Source: Candidatus Micrarchaeota archaeon (GTDB lineage Archaea > Micrarchaeota > Micrarchaeia > Anstonellales > Anstonellaceae). Taken from it: a DNA stretch of 54,040 nucleotides. The notes under the pieces were generated by a model, which did no database searches, was not told where the DNA came from, and saw only the letters and a list, made by a program, of their open reading frames with translations. A program made the translations under genes and the position numbers. Shown here piece by piece: positions 1 to 10,100 of the stretch (positions are counted from its first letter, which is position 1; the number at the start of each line of letters is the position of its first letter). The DNA lies in assembly GCA_043810635.1 (NCBI GenBank), contig JBDRNY010000021.1, positions 1 through 54,040 on the forward strand, given 5' to 3'.

Positions 1-1
1 A

Positions 2-529
2 AAGCTTCCGACGAAAGTGAATATAATAATTTGCGCAGGATGCGGAAAAATAAAAAATAAGGGGAAATGGGAGAGGAGGAGTGATAAATTAATTGAGGAA
101 ATTGCTGTAAAAGCTTTTAGAAAAAGCGGGTTTGAGGGAAAATTTAATGTGAGTGAAGGGGTTTGGAAAGGAATTATTGAAGGGGCGGAATATTCCTGCC
201 CTGTGGAAATTGCAATTGAAAAAATTATGTGCAAAAACTGCTCCCGTGCAAGTTCTGGGTATTTTGAGGCAATAATTCAATTAAGGGGGGAGAAAGGGAA
301 AATAGACAAATATTTGAAAAAAATAGTGAGAAGGGTTGGGAAAAATAATAGTATTTCAAAAATTGAGGAAATGCACGGGGGAGTGGATGTTTATGTTGCA
401 TTCAAAAAAGAAATTGGGGAAATTTTGAGTGAGGGGGGAATGAAATTTGCAAGGACTAGGAAATTGGTGGGGGAAAGGAGAGATGGGAGGAGAATATACA
501 GGGATACTTATTTGGTAAGGTTTGGGTGA
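2..529 (+). CDS. NMD3-family ribosomal large-subunit maturation factor homolog; 5' end probably lies outside the window
   Basis: The reading frame is open from nt 2, with no in-frame stop before the GTG at 17. It has Cys pairs CAGCG and CKNCSR and the YFEAIIQLRG motif typical of archaeal NMD3-like proteins. At 170 aa it is shorter than usual, consistent with truncation at the window edge. Confidence 0.55.
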   Translation, partial: KLPTKVNIIICAGCGKIKNKGKWERRSDKLIEEIAVKAFRKSGFEGKFNVSEGVWKGIIEGAEYSCPVEIAIEKIMCKNCSRASSGYFEAIIQLRGEKGKIDKYLKKIVRRVGKNNSISKIEEMHGGVDVYVAFKKEIGEILSEGGMKFARTRKLVGERRDGRRIYRDTYLVRFG

Positions 530-578
530 AGTGGGCTATTGTTTAAATAATCCATTCAGCCAAATTATTTTTGCACAT

Positions 579-651
579 GGCCAAGGTGGTGTAGTTGGTA
601 GCACGGGGGACTGTGGATCCCTTAGCCCGAGTTCAAATCTCGGCTTTGGCC
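579..651 (+). tRNA. tRNA-His (anticodon GTG) with genomically encoded G-1
   Basis: Manual cloverleaf: 8-bp acceptor stem including G-1:C73 (GGCCAAGG/CTTTGGCC), D arm GTGT/GCAC, anticodon arm GGGGA-CTGTGGA-TCCCT and T arm CCGAG-TTCAAAT-CTCGG. CCA is not fully encoded. Confidence 0.9.
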
Positions 652-664
652 CAGATAATTTTTC

Positions 665-678
665 TTTTTATAAAAAAC
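665..678 (+). promoter_or_regulatory. Candidate TATA box for the 725-20229 operon
   Basis: TTTATAAAAA lies about 50 nt upstream of the ATG at 725, in the only intergenic gap (73 nt) before the nine-gene cluster. Confidence 0.3.
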
Positions 679-724
679 TCATAATAGCGGGATTTTTCTC
701 TGAAGATATAGTTTTTAAAAGATA

Positions 725-3700
725 ATGCAGAGTTTCGGAGTAATGGAAAGCCGATGCGGGAGGGTGGGGTTAGGTGTTTTTCTAGCTCTAATCTTATTTA
801 TATCTTTAGTTGCAGGGGCAGATTGCGAAGGCTCTCCTCCGTGTGATGGAAAAGAGTGCGCAGATGAAAACTTGGAATGTGTGGAAGCGGCGGGAAAATG
901 CACCTGCCAGTCAATATGCACTGAGCCTCCGAAACGCACATATATTGAAGCGTTTTATGAAGATTATAAGAGCACAAAAAATAAGGGCACCCTCGATATA
1001 AATGTTTTTTATATAGATGACAGCGGGCAGGTGCCTGAAAAAAAGCCAGTGGAAGGAGGACTTGTAATAATAGACAGCGGGGCATATGTCAAAGGAGGAG
1101 GGTACGACCCCTTTGGAGGGGCAGGTGCCAACAAAGTATGCAGAGCAACTACAGACAGCGAAGGAAAAATATTGGTTAATCTTCCCCACCCCTCAGGAGG
1201 GCAGAAAATAACGCACAGAATAATTTTTTGCCCTTATACAGATATGACAAGTGAGGGGGGGAAAGAGGATTTGGCAGTCTGCGCAAGGCTGTATGACAAT
1301 AATGCAGATGTTTATGAAAAAATCAATTGGCAGGAAATTCCAGTATGTGAAGGAAATCAGCCAGACCCTGAAAACAATATGCTGTTTAACGGGGAGGATG
1401 TAAAAAAGGCAGATAGGATAGGCCCCTCTGAAACATCTGTTGAAGCAATAAACAACAACCCTTCCGCAGCTGCCACCACATTTTGCTGGGCGCTTGCAAT
1501 TGTATTCGGGCTTCTTTTGTCTGCCTCATACACGGTTGGCAGAAACCCGCTGATGTTTCTTGACATGAACAGCATGCGCCAGGTGAAAATGAACAGAAAT
1601 TTTGGATATTATTTTCCAAGAACCCAGAATGTGAGCGTAAATGTTGAGGCGATTGCAAATACCATATACAGTGCTGCAAAAGTTGCAACCGCCAAAAAGG
1701 AAAAGAAGGGGGAGGGAAAGGAGGATGGAAAAAAGGAAGAGCCAAAGCAAAGGGAAGGGGAAAGCAATGAGGATTTTGAAGGAAGAAAGCTGGGTGAAAA
1801 AATTGCAGGTGAAATGGGTTCGTTTTCAATGGACGGCCTTCTTTCAGGAACATTTTTGGACAATAAATATGATTCTGCATATGCAAAATCAAGGGGAGGG
1901 ATAAGACAGGAGTTGCTGGCTCCTGTGCTTGGGGACCCGGCAAAAGGCGAAAATGTAGCAGGTGAAAACTTGTTTGGCGACAGCCCGTTTTTACGAGGCC
2001 TTGGAAGAGTGAGTGTAAGAATGCTTGCATCTGGAATGCTTGAAGGGGGAGTAAATCTTGTAGGAGGGGCAATAAAAGGAGGGCTGAAAGGGGGATTTAA
2101 AGGCGCTGTTAAAGGCATGAAATTTGGAAAAGCAGGCAGTTATGCAGGCATGAGGATATTGAGGGAAGGATACCGCCCGCTTGTGTGGGAGCTGCTCAAA
2201 GGAGGGGTGATGCTGGCTCCGGCATCAGATGAAACTGGTGCAGATGTGGAAGGCCCGGTTGCTGTAGGAGGAAAGTTTGAAGCTGTGGAAAAGCTTAAGA
2301 AAACAGTTGAAGGGAGAGAATACAGTGGAAAGTTTGATATAGCTGGAAATGAAAGCATTGGCTACACTGTTTCAGGAAAAATTGTTGCTTCAAAAAAATT
2401 GGAAGATACAAAAAAGAAATTAAGGAACCTTAAGAGATTTGTCCCTAGTGGTTCTTATCCAACCTTTTCAACCCGGGATAACGTTTATGCAATATTTGAT
2501 GATAAAGAAATTGCCAAACTTAATAAGATGCTGGCGGGGGAAAAAACAATAATAACAGATAAATTCGGAAGGAAATATTTAGTGGAAAAAAACTGGGATA
2601 TGTATAGCATGACAACAACTTTTGATATAACAATGGAAGGCACTAAGCTGAAAAGCGCTGAATTTACCAAAGACGGAAGAGTAAAGCTTGAGCTGTATGC
2701 TAAAACAACAGAGGATGGGTTTCCGGATTTAAAGAGCGAGGTGCTGACATATAATACAGATTATGCACTAAATATGGAAACAGGAAAAGTGCAGCTTGTA
2801 GACAATCTTTTAAGCAACCCGAGCCAGGGCGAATATTTCAAAACAAGCAGTGCAGGCACAATTGCATTCAACCCAAACACCCAGGAAATGATTACCCTTC
2901 AATCAGGGGAAAACTTTGCTGTCACAACACAAACAAGGCTTGTTTTGTCTTCAATATTCAGGGGGGAATGGATAGATGCATTGCAAGAGCTTGCAAAGCC
3001 GGTTACTGGAACAGTTGCCAGCTTGCTTGCAATAGGAAAAGGGCTTAAGGGAGAGTATGTTTTAAAAAAGGCTGAAAGAACATTTGGCAAAGGGTATGAG
3101 AGATTTAAGATAAAAAAAATATCGCAAAATAAAGGAATAGTTGTTGAATTGTTTCAAAATGCTGAAGGAGAACAGGAGGAAGGTAGGGAGGTTGGGACAT
3201 TTGAAAAAGGAAATATAAAATTTTCAGAAGAGTATGCTGGCTCGTTTGACAGCAATAGAATTTACAGGGTTGATGGAGAGAGCATTTTTGATGTAACAAC
3301 TGAAGTTAATGGCAAAACTACGCAAATAAACGGGACTGAAATTGACGGCACCAGAATAAATATTGGCGGGAAAGAGCTTGAAATAATAAATAAGATGATG
3401 CCTGATAAGGAGCTAAATGTCCAGATAATTGTGGACCCGAATAAACCAAGCAGGGCAACGGGAGAATTTGAAGTTGTGGCGCTAATATACCGCTCTGGTT
3501 ATGGCGTGGAAAAAATAACAGATGGAAAAGGGAATAAAATTGAATCAATAAATGCAAACGGAGTGGAGTATGGATTTGAGACAGGAAAAAACATGGAAGG
3601 CAAATCAGACAGCCATGTGCTTGCTGTTTCCCAGGTTGGAAAAGTTTCCGGAAATGTGGATGTGAATGCATGGGATTTGGTTATTGCAAAGCCAAACGGG

Positions 3701-5038
3701 GAATTGTATACGATTGACGGAAGGGCGGCGAAAAATTTTGATGAAGTGTATAAATCCATTTTATATGATGTTTATGGAATGAGCAGCAATGCAGAGCAGA
3801 TGGCAATGCAGCATAAAATGAATGACATGCTGCAAAAAAGCAATAAAATACTTAATGATGCGCAGCTGTCGTCAGAGCATGAAAAAGAACTGGATAATAT
3901 TGAAAAAGGGCTTAGAAGCCAGCTGCCTGAAAATGTAAAAGTTATGGACGGCACCCAGCTTAGGAAATTTGTTCTGGACGGGAGAGGTGCCAAGCTTACA
4001 GAAGCGCAGCAAAAATCATTGAACACGCTTATAGGCGTGGTCCATTACTCGGAATTTCAGTCTACAGATATGAAAGATTTGGAATCAACAATGTATATGT
4101 CAGGCTTTGTTGTAAGGAAGACAGCAAACACTCAGATTGTCAATTCAATGCTTCTTGAAAAATCAATCAGAAATGAGCTGAGGCAGGAATACGGGACCAT
4201 GGACATAAATGAGCTGCGTGCCATAGCGCAGAAGGGGACAGATTACGCAAAATTAGACCCATATTCTTTAGAGCCAACAAAAAATGAAATAAATGCAATC
4301 AAAAAGCTTAATGCGCTTAACAGCGGAATTGGAAGTGTGCTGGGGATATACAATACGCTCTCATCAGGTGAGCAAAAGCTTGCCAATAATATTGTGAAAG
4401 CGGAAATGGCAGACGTTGCCATGACAAGACATTCCGTATTGATGCAAGAATCTAATTTGGACAATATGGTTGAAACAAATCTTCGGCTGAAATCCGGAAA
4501 CCAGCATCTCGTTAAGATTACAAAAATAGAAAGGGAGGCGGCACAAAAGGCTGAGGAAAGCTTTGATAAAATGCAGGAAAAGCTGGGAAGGATTGATGAA
4601 ACTTTAGGCAAAAAAGTGCCTACAGTATTTGAAGAGCATAAAAGAAAAGTTGGAAGCAAAATAAGAATTGTCAAAGTTCCGACAGATTATAAACCGGAGA
4701 TAGTTGTAAACCAAAAAGCAATGGATGAATTTAGAAATGATGTTAAGGCATACCAAAGCCAGCAAAGAAAATTTGAGCAGAATATGAACAATATAAATGT
4801 TCTTAGAATGGCGGGAGATGCGATTGCAAATACTATGACTCCTGTACTTTCCAAAAAAAGAAAGTCAGGGGAATTGAGGGTGCTTATGAAGGAAACAAGC
4901 GAATTGGCATTGAACTATGCACGCCCGAGAGTTTTAGAAAAGAAAAAAGCCGAAATACTTGGGAAAATCCAGCAAAATATTGTAAGGATAAATAATATAT
5001 CCCAACAAGAAAAAGGGATTGAAAAGAAGAAAAAATAA
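725..5038 (+). CDS. Giant single-pass membrane protein (1437 aa) of unknown function, first gene of the cluster. It has a signal peptide, a ~220-aa Cys-rich ectodomain, one TM and a ~1160-aa Cys-free cytoplasmic domain.
   Basis: Long ORF. N-terminus is VGLGVFLALILFISLVAGA followed by CEGSPPCDGKECADENLECVEAAGKCTCQSIC. The TM is TFCWALAIVFGLLLSASYTVGRN. The remaining ~1160 aa contain no Cys, a Gly/Lys-rich segment (GGAIKGGLKGGFKGAVKGMKFGKAG) and a charged, coiled-coil-like C-terminal third. I see no recognisable enzymatic motif. Confidence 0.85.
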   Translation: MQSFGVMESRCGRVGLGVFLALILFISLVAGADCEGSPPCDGKECADENLECVEAAGKCTCQSICTEPPKRTYIEAFYEDYKSTKNKGTLDINVFYIDDSGQVPEKKPVEGGLVIIDSGAYVKGGGYDPFGGAGANKVCRATTDSEGKILVNLPHPSGGQKITHRIIFCPYTDMTSEGGKEDLAVCARLYDNNADVYEKINWQEIPVCEGNQPDPENNMLFNGEDVKKADRIGPSETSVEAINNNPSAAATTFCWALAIVFGLLLSASYTVGRNPLMFLDMNSMRQVKMNRNFGYYFPRTQNVSVNVEAIANTIYSAAKVATAKKEKKGEGKEDGKKEEPKQREGESNEDFEGRKLGEKIAGEMGSFSMDGLLSGTFLDNKYDSAYAKSRGGIRQELLAPVLGDPAKGENVAGENLFGDSPFLRGLGRVSVRMLASGMLEGGVNLVGGAIKGGLKGGFKGAVKGMKFGKAGSYAGMRILREGYRPLVWELLKGGVMLAPASDETGADVEGPVAVGGKFEAVEKLKKTVEGREYSGKFDIAGNESIGYTVSGKIVASKKLEDTKKKLRNLKRFVPSGSYPTFSTRDNVYAIFDDKEIAKLNKMLAGEKTIITDKFGRKYLVEKNWDMYSMTTTFDITMEGTKLKSAEFTKDGRVKLELYAKTTEDGFPDLKSEVLTYNTDYALNMETGKVQLVDNLLSNPSQGEYFKTSSAGTIAFNPNTQEMITLQSGENFAVTTQTRLVLSSIFRGEWIDALQELAKPVTGTVASLLAIGKGLKGEYVLKKAERTFGKGYERFKIKKISQNKGIVVELFQNAEGEQEEGREVGTFEKGNIKFSEEYAGSFDSNRIYRVDGESIFDVTTEVNGKTTQINGTEIDGTRINIGGKELEIINKMMPDKELNVQIIVDPNKPSRATGEFEVVALIYRSGYGVEKITDGKGNKIESINANGVEYGFETGKNMEGKSDSHVLAVSQVGKVSGNVDVNAWDLVIAKPNGELYTIDGRAAKNFDEVYKSILYDVYGMSSNAEQMAMQHKMNDMLQKSNKILNDAQLSSEHEKELDNIEKGLRSQLPENVKVMDGTQLRKFVLDGRGAKLTEAQQKSLNTLIGVVHYSEFQSTDMKDLESTMYMSGFVVRKTANTQIVNSMLLEKSIRNELRQEYGTMDINELRAIAQKGTDYAKLDPYSLEPTKNEINAIKKLNALNSGIGSVLGIYNTLSSGEQKLANNIVKAEMADVAMTRHSVLMQESNLDNMVETNLRLKSGNQHLVKITKIEREAAQKAEESFDKMQEKLGRIDETLGKKVPTVFEEHKRKVGSKIRIVKVPTDYKPEIVVNQKAMDEFRNDVKAYQSQQRKFEQNMNNINVLRMAGDAIANTMTPVLSKKRKSGELRVLMKETSELALNYARPRVLEKKKAEILGKIQQNIVRINNISQQEKGIEKKKK

Positions 5039-5056
5039 TTGGGAGGTTATGGCAGG

Positions 5057-6208
5057 ATGCTGAATGACTATATGGTTGCCCTTCCTTACGGAATTGCAAT
5101 CGGAAGCGCAATAGTTGCCCTTGCATATATGGCGGGCGCGTTTTTGCAGTCAAAACAGGCAAAAGCTTATGCAAAAACAGAGATGGGGGAGCTTGTACTA
5201 TCTGCAATTATTGTGGTTATTGCATTAAGCGTATACAGCTCGCAGGATATTAACATTGCACTAACAGGCAGTGCTGATATTCAGGGAGCGACAATAGACA
5301 GTATGAAAGTATATATGGAAAAGCCGCTAAACGATGCGTTTGTTTCCCTTGTAAGCTCAAGCTATTCATTAAGCAAATATATTTCATATAACTATAATAT
5401 CCAGCTGCCGCTTCCGGGCTTTTCACCCCAGACTGCCCAAAGCAAGGGGATAGGAGCATATCCCCTCAGCCTGCAACTTATTAGGGGAATTGATGCAATA
5501 TCACTGAACCTTTTGCTTGTAAGGGCAATGATGGTGCTTTATATTTTCCTTGAATTTGCATTCAAGCATATGCTTCTTCCTGCAGGAATTATTTTGCGCT
5601 TTATTCCGCCAACAAGAAAGATGGGCGCAATTTTAATAGGCACAGGGCTTGCAGTGCATCTGGCATTTCCTGCGGCGGTGGTATGGACAGGCTCTATGGC
5701 GCAGGATATTATGCCAAATTATGATGCACCCATAAGGGAGCTGGCAGACCCGGGAGATCCTGCATCTGCAGGAATTATCTGCAATGAAGTGGTGCAAACT
5801 GTTTATGGAATAGGGGATATGTTCGGGCCTTTGCTTATATGCATGACAGCATGCCTTGCAGCAACTGTAGGCTATCTTGCATGCGTGGGCTGGCCTTCAG
5901 TATGGCCTTTTACCACAGGCTCGGGATGCCTTGCAGGAGTATCAAGCGGATGGCAAATATACCAATATGCATTTCCCTTAACTGTTGGGCCAAACCTTGA
6001 GCTTTCAAGCATTGTGCTGACAGCAGAAAAGGCGGAAGAAATATTTGGAATAATTTTAGAGCAGATAATTCCTGCTGTAATGGAAAGGCATGTTGCAATA
6101 CTTATCATGGTAATTTTGCAGCTTACAGTTACTATTGTGCTTGCGCGGGCATTTTCCCAGGCAATAGGCGCAGAGGGTCAGATTTACGGGCTTAGCAGGT
6201 TGATATAA
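5057..6208 (+). CDS. Polytopic membrane protein, TM-core paralog 1 (no N-terminal signal peptide, small ectodomains)
   Basis: The ORF track starts at TTG 5039; ATG 5057 follows a GGAGG at 5042. It shares with paralogs 2-6 the TM hairpin (LAYMAGAFLQSKQAKAYAKTEMGELVLSAIIVVIAL), the core LLPAGIILRFIPPTRKMGAILIGTGLAVHLAFP and the C-terminal tail AIGAEGQIYGLSRLI. Confidence 0.85.
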   Translation: MLNDYMVALPYGIAIGSAIVALAYMAGAFLQSKQAKAYAKTEMGELVLSAIIVVIALSVYSSQDINIALTGSADIQGATIDSMKVYMEKPLNDAFVSLVSSSYSLSKYISYNYNIQLPLPGFSPQTAQSKGIGAYPLSLQLIRGIDAISLNLLLVRAMMVLYIFLEFAFKHMLLPAGIILRFIPPTRKMGAILIGTGLAVHLAFPAAVVWTGSMAQDIMPNYDAPIRELADPGDPASAGIICNEVVQTVYGIGDMFGPLLICMTACLAATVGYLACVGWPSVWPFTTGSGCLAGVSSGWQIYQYAFPLTVGPNLELSSIVLTAEKAEEIFGIILEQIIPAVMERHVAILIMVILQLTVTIVLARAFSQAIGAEGQIYGLSRLI

Positions 6209-6210
6209 AT

Positions 6211-7179
6211 ATGGAAAAAATACGCATGCTTGCATTGTTTTTTGCGGTTTTGTTTAGCATAAATATTGCATCAGCGCAAGATGTGTGCTTTGGGCAGACA
6301 ATGAACTGGGCATTGGAGCCGAGGTTTGCAATAGGCGGGGGGGCTCTTATAGGGTATGGAATTTTGATTATGGCATTTTTGTGCGTAGGCGCATATATGA
6401 TTGGAAAAGCTTTCAGCAAGCCGGAGTTTGTTGTGTGGGGCGCAAGCGAGGGAGTTACGCTCGTCTGGTCAATTCTGCTGATAATTGGAGTGCTGGCTGC
6501 ATTTATTTTTTCATGCGAGCTTTCCCAAAAAATTGCAGAAATAAACAACCCCAACAAAAGCCCGGCACATATGGCAACATTGGGCTTGAATGACTTGAAC
6601 AACAAATTTGGAATAACGATTGCAAAGGATTTGCAGGAGGATGCTATACATGACATGTTTGAGGGGATGTATTATGCATATTGGTCAATCCCTGCAATGG
6701 ACGGAGGAGGGCTTGCTTACAGGGCAAACAAGAGGGCATGGGCAACGCAGAGGGAGGTGCTTATAGATATCTATCTTCCGCTCAGCTATCTGCTGCATGC
6801 ACAAGAGCTTTTTCTTGAAATTTTGATGCCCGGTGTGATTGCAATTATTCTGCCTGCAGCGCTTTTCTTCAGGATGCTTTTTGTTACCCGGGATGTGGGA
6901 AATATTTTGATTGCTCTTTCCTTTTCAATATATTTTGCATTTCCGCTTGTGTATTTGCTCGCATTTTCTGCAACTGAAAACATGACAGCTGATTTTGAAG
7001 GGGATGAAAAAAACCCTTTTGAAAAAATGTCGCTTGCAAAAGATATGGTTGTTGGGGATGCGTTCCAAAAAATAGGGTATCTGGCGGCTGTTGCAGTTCT
7101 TTTGCCAAACCTTGCGCTTGTAATAGTTATTACAATGACAATGTCATTGTACAAGGCAATGAGAGGTATTGTTGCATGA
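6211..7179 (+). CDS. Polytopic membrane protein, TM-core paralog 2
   Basis: It has a signal-peptide-like N-terminus (LFFAVLFSINIASAQD), the TM hairpin GAYMIGKAFSKPEFVVWGASEGVTLVWSILLIIGVL and the core ILPAALFFRMLFVTRDVGNILIALSFSIYFAFP. Its stop overlaps the next start (ATGA at 7176). Confidence 0.85.
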   Translation: MEKIRMLALFFAVLFSINIASAQDVCFGQTMNWALEPRFAIGGGALIGYGILIMAFLCVGAYMIGKAFSKPEFVVWGASEGVTLVWSILLIIGVLAAFIFSCELSQKIAEINNPNKSPAHMATLGLNDLNNKFGITIAKDLQEDAIHDMFEGMYYAYWSIPAMDGGGLAYRANKRAWATQREVLIDIYLPLSYLLHAQELFLEILMPGVIAIILPAALFFRMLFVTRDVGNILIALSFSIYFAFPLVYLLAFSATENMTADFEGDEKNPFEKMSLAKDMVVGDAFQKIGYLAAVAVLLPNLALVIVITMTMSLYKAMRGIVA

Positions 7180-10100
7180 TATTGAATTTAGTCAAAAAAT
7201 TTGCGCCGGTTGTGTTGGCATTGCTCATTCTTGCTAGTGCAGCAAATTTTGCGCAAAAAAATGTAACCGAGCTGATTGAAGCGCAGATTCAAAACCCTCT
7301 TGCATACTGGGTTACAAATTATGAGGCGGTTGCCATTCTGGCCGCCATAATTGCAATTATTTTGGTGGCTTTGCTGTATTTTGCATCAAAATTCTTTGAA
7401 AGCGAGGAAATGGCAGGGCTTGCAAAAACAGAGCTTGTGCAGGCGGTTGCAGGAATTATTATACTGATAATTTTCCTTGCATTTGTCAATACATCAGACT
7501 GGCTCATAAACTATTCTGCTGAAAATATTAAGAGCCCGTGCCTTGACCCGAATTTCAATCCGCCTCCCCAGGCAACAACAATAAACAAATATGCTGCATG
7601 CTATACCCATAACCTGAAAGCAATGGCAGTAAGCATTGGAAAAAAAGCGCTCGGGGAGTCTGTTAAAGAGGCAAGAGAAGCATATTCAAGCTGGGGTTAT
7701 CAGAGCAATACAATATACCTGCTATACACTGGAATAAGCGGGAGGTTTAATGCGCACAAGAGGCTTGACTCTGAAATAAACGGGCTTGAATTTGATTTGG
7801 CAACAATATATATTACAAGCCTTGAGGCGCAGGAAAAATTTCTTAACAACATTGTGCCGGTGCTTGGGCCAAGCGCGCTTTTGATTGGAATTGTATTGCG
7901 CTCATTTTTCTTTACAAGAAAGCTTGGCGGGCTGCTTCTTGCAATAAGCATAGGGTTGATGATAATATTGCCTGCATGCTATCTTTTGGCATGGTACACT
8001 TTGCAGGTTGCGGCATATGGCGGGAAAGCAATAGGCGAGCCTGAAAGCTTATGCCCTGAAGGGTGCAAAGTGCTTCCGCCGTGGGGCTATTTGAAATCAA
8101 AAAATATTGATGGTGCGCAGCTTGCAATGGGCTTTTATGATGATGAACACAGGGTTGATGATTATGGAGTGTATTCTTTTGCAGATGTGGAAGAGATTAA
8201 TTTAAAGAGGGTGGAAAACGGAAAAGAGATGCTTACATTAAAAGACGGGGAAGCATGGATGGATGAAGAGAAAATTCAGGTTTGCTTCCCAAGGGACAAC
8301 TCCGGCTGGGGGAGTGCATTCAGTGCAGAGGATTCTGCAAACTGCCCTGCAGAATGCAGGTATTTGCCAACTCCAACAGAAATTAATTGCGACCAAAGCG
8401 CATGCGACAAAATTCCTGCAGCATGCAAAGCAGTAAGGGCAATGACAGAAGAGGATTTTGCCGACTATTGCACAGTAGAGAAAAACAAAGATTTTGCATG
8501 CTATTGCCCAGAAGACTGCATGCTTGATTTGCCTTTTGTTGAAGAGGATGCTGGTGCTGTAAACAAAGAAATGCTGGAAAGCAAATTTATGCAAATAAGC
8601 GAAAATGCAAACAAGTTTGCAGAAGATCCGCCGTTTGACTGTACAAAATGTCCGGTGCACTGCAGAGGTTATTATTCTGATATTGAGCCACAGGAAGTGA
8701 CCCATGCAGGGCAGGATAATGCCTGTGACAAGGAATGTGCAAACTGTTTTGAAGCAAAGCCTGATGTGCTTACAGGAATTCCTTCTTTGCGCACCACAAC
8801 ATGCAATTCCGAGCATACATGCGGAGACCCGTTAAGCGCCCGTGATGCGATTGCACAGGGAAGGCTTGATGTCTGCCCTATTGAATGCAGGGCAATTTTT
8901 GACGGGGTGGATGAAAAATACAAAGACCCGTATTATATTTATTATTGCGAGCAAAATTTCAAGAAAGTGTGTGAAGGCAGATGCCCTGAAAAATGCAAAA
9001 TCAAAATTTCAGATGTTGTTGCTATGGGAGGCTGCAGCTCTCCCCCAAAATTTGAAAATTTGGCAGGAAGAGCATGCACATATGAAGATGTAAAAGACGG
9101 GTGGGACGGAAACAATGCAAAATGCCTGATGGAAGCAGAAATTACTGCAAATTGCGCAAGATGCCCACTTGCGTGCAGGTTTGTAAACCCAAGCTCTATA
9201 CCAGAATACAAAGAAGATGACCTGGATACTGAGGAAGACGAATCAGAGCAGCTGGAGCTTAATGAAAACAATATTGAATTTTGCTCAGATCCGGATGTAA
9301 GAAGGTTTTGCACATGGGACAGCCCAAGGGATTATTGCAACTTAGGCGTGTGCGGGGTTGACAGGGAAACAGAAGGGCCTTTCTTGTGTGAAATTGAAGA
9401 CTTGTCATATAAATATTCGAATTTGCCGAATAATGAAGAATATTGCGGAACATGCTATACTATAAATAGTGCAAAAACAACAGGCCCGCAATGCCAGGTT
9501 TTGCTTTATTGGCAAAATGAAGAAGGAGAAATTCCTGCAGAATGCTCTGATGCTTGCAATCCTGGCACCACTAATGCCAGGGCGGGCGGGCAATGCAATG
9601 GATTTTGCTATCCAAGGCTTGAAATTCCTTCTGGCGGAAGCTGTGGGGAATATGATGAAAATAGCAGGGGTGAGGATGACAGGAGCATGGTAAACGGCGC
9701 GGCATGCCCCCTGAATTGCAGATATGATTATATGACAAAAAGCGGGGAAAAAATGCCGAATTATGCATTGCAAGCCTGTGGCTATGAATTAGATTTTTCA
9801 GACGGGCCGAAGGAGTGTGATACACGCTGTGAAGGAAGGGTTTATGGAACACGCAACAAAGACTGGTGCGAGGGAAGACGCAATGCAAATGCAGTCTGCA
9901 ATAGTGATGGCAGAACAAGCAGGGTATGGTATCACATAAATTCAGCGCCAGAAGTTCCAGATATGACAAGCTCATGCCCGTGTGAAGATGATAATGAATG
10001 CAATCAAAATACATGTGAGGATTCTAGAGGGGTTGAATACACAATAGGAAGGCTTCCAATTTATTCCTGCCAACGCCAGCAAACATATGATGGGTGGGAT

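Noticed and set aside
522-725. 67-aa ORF on the plus strand between the NMD3-like gene and the cluster
   Set aside because: It is almost entirely occupied by the tRNA-His gene (579-651) and by AT-rich promoter sequence. It is a spurious ORF.
1386-2118. Long antisense ORFs (228 aa and 169 aa) opposite the 1437-aa gene. Similar ones lie at 8238-8816, 10024-11098, 15273-15914, 38797-39231, 43176-43979, 47077-47631 and 48209-48706.
   Set aside because: These are shadow ORFs with low-complexity, Pro/Ser/Leu/Phe-rich or Cys-rich nonsense composition. They lie opposite long ORFs that have clear protein-like features or family motifs.
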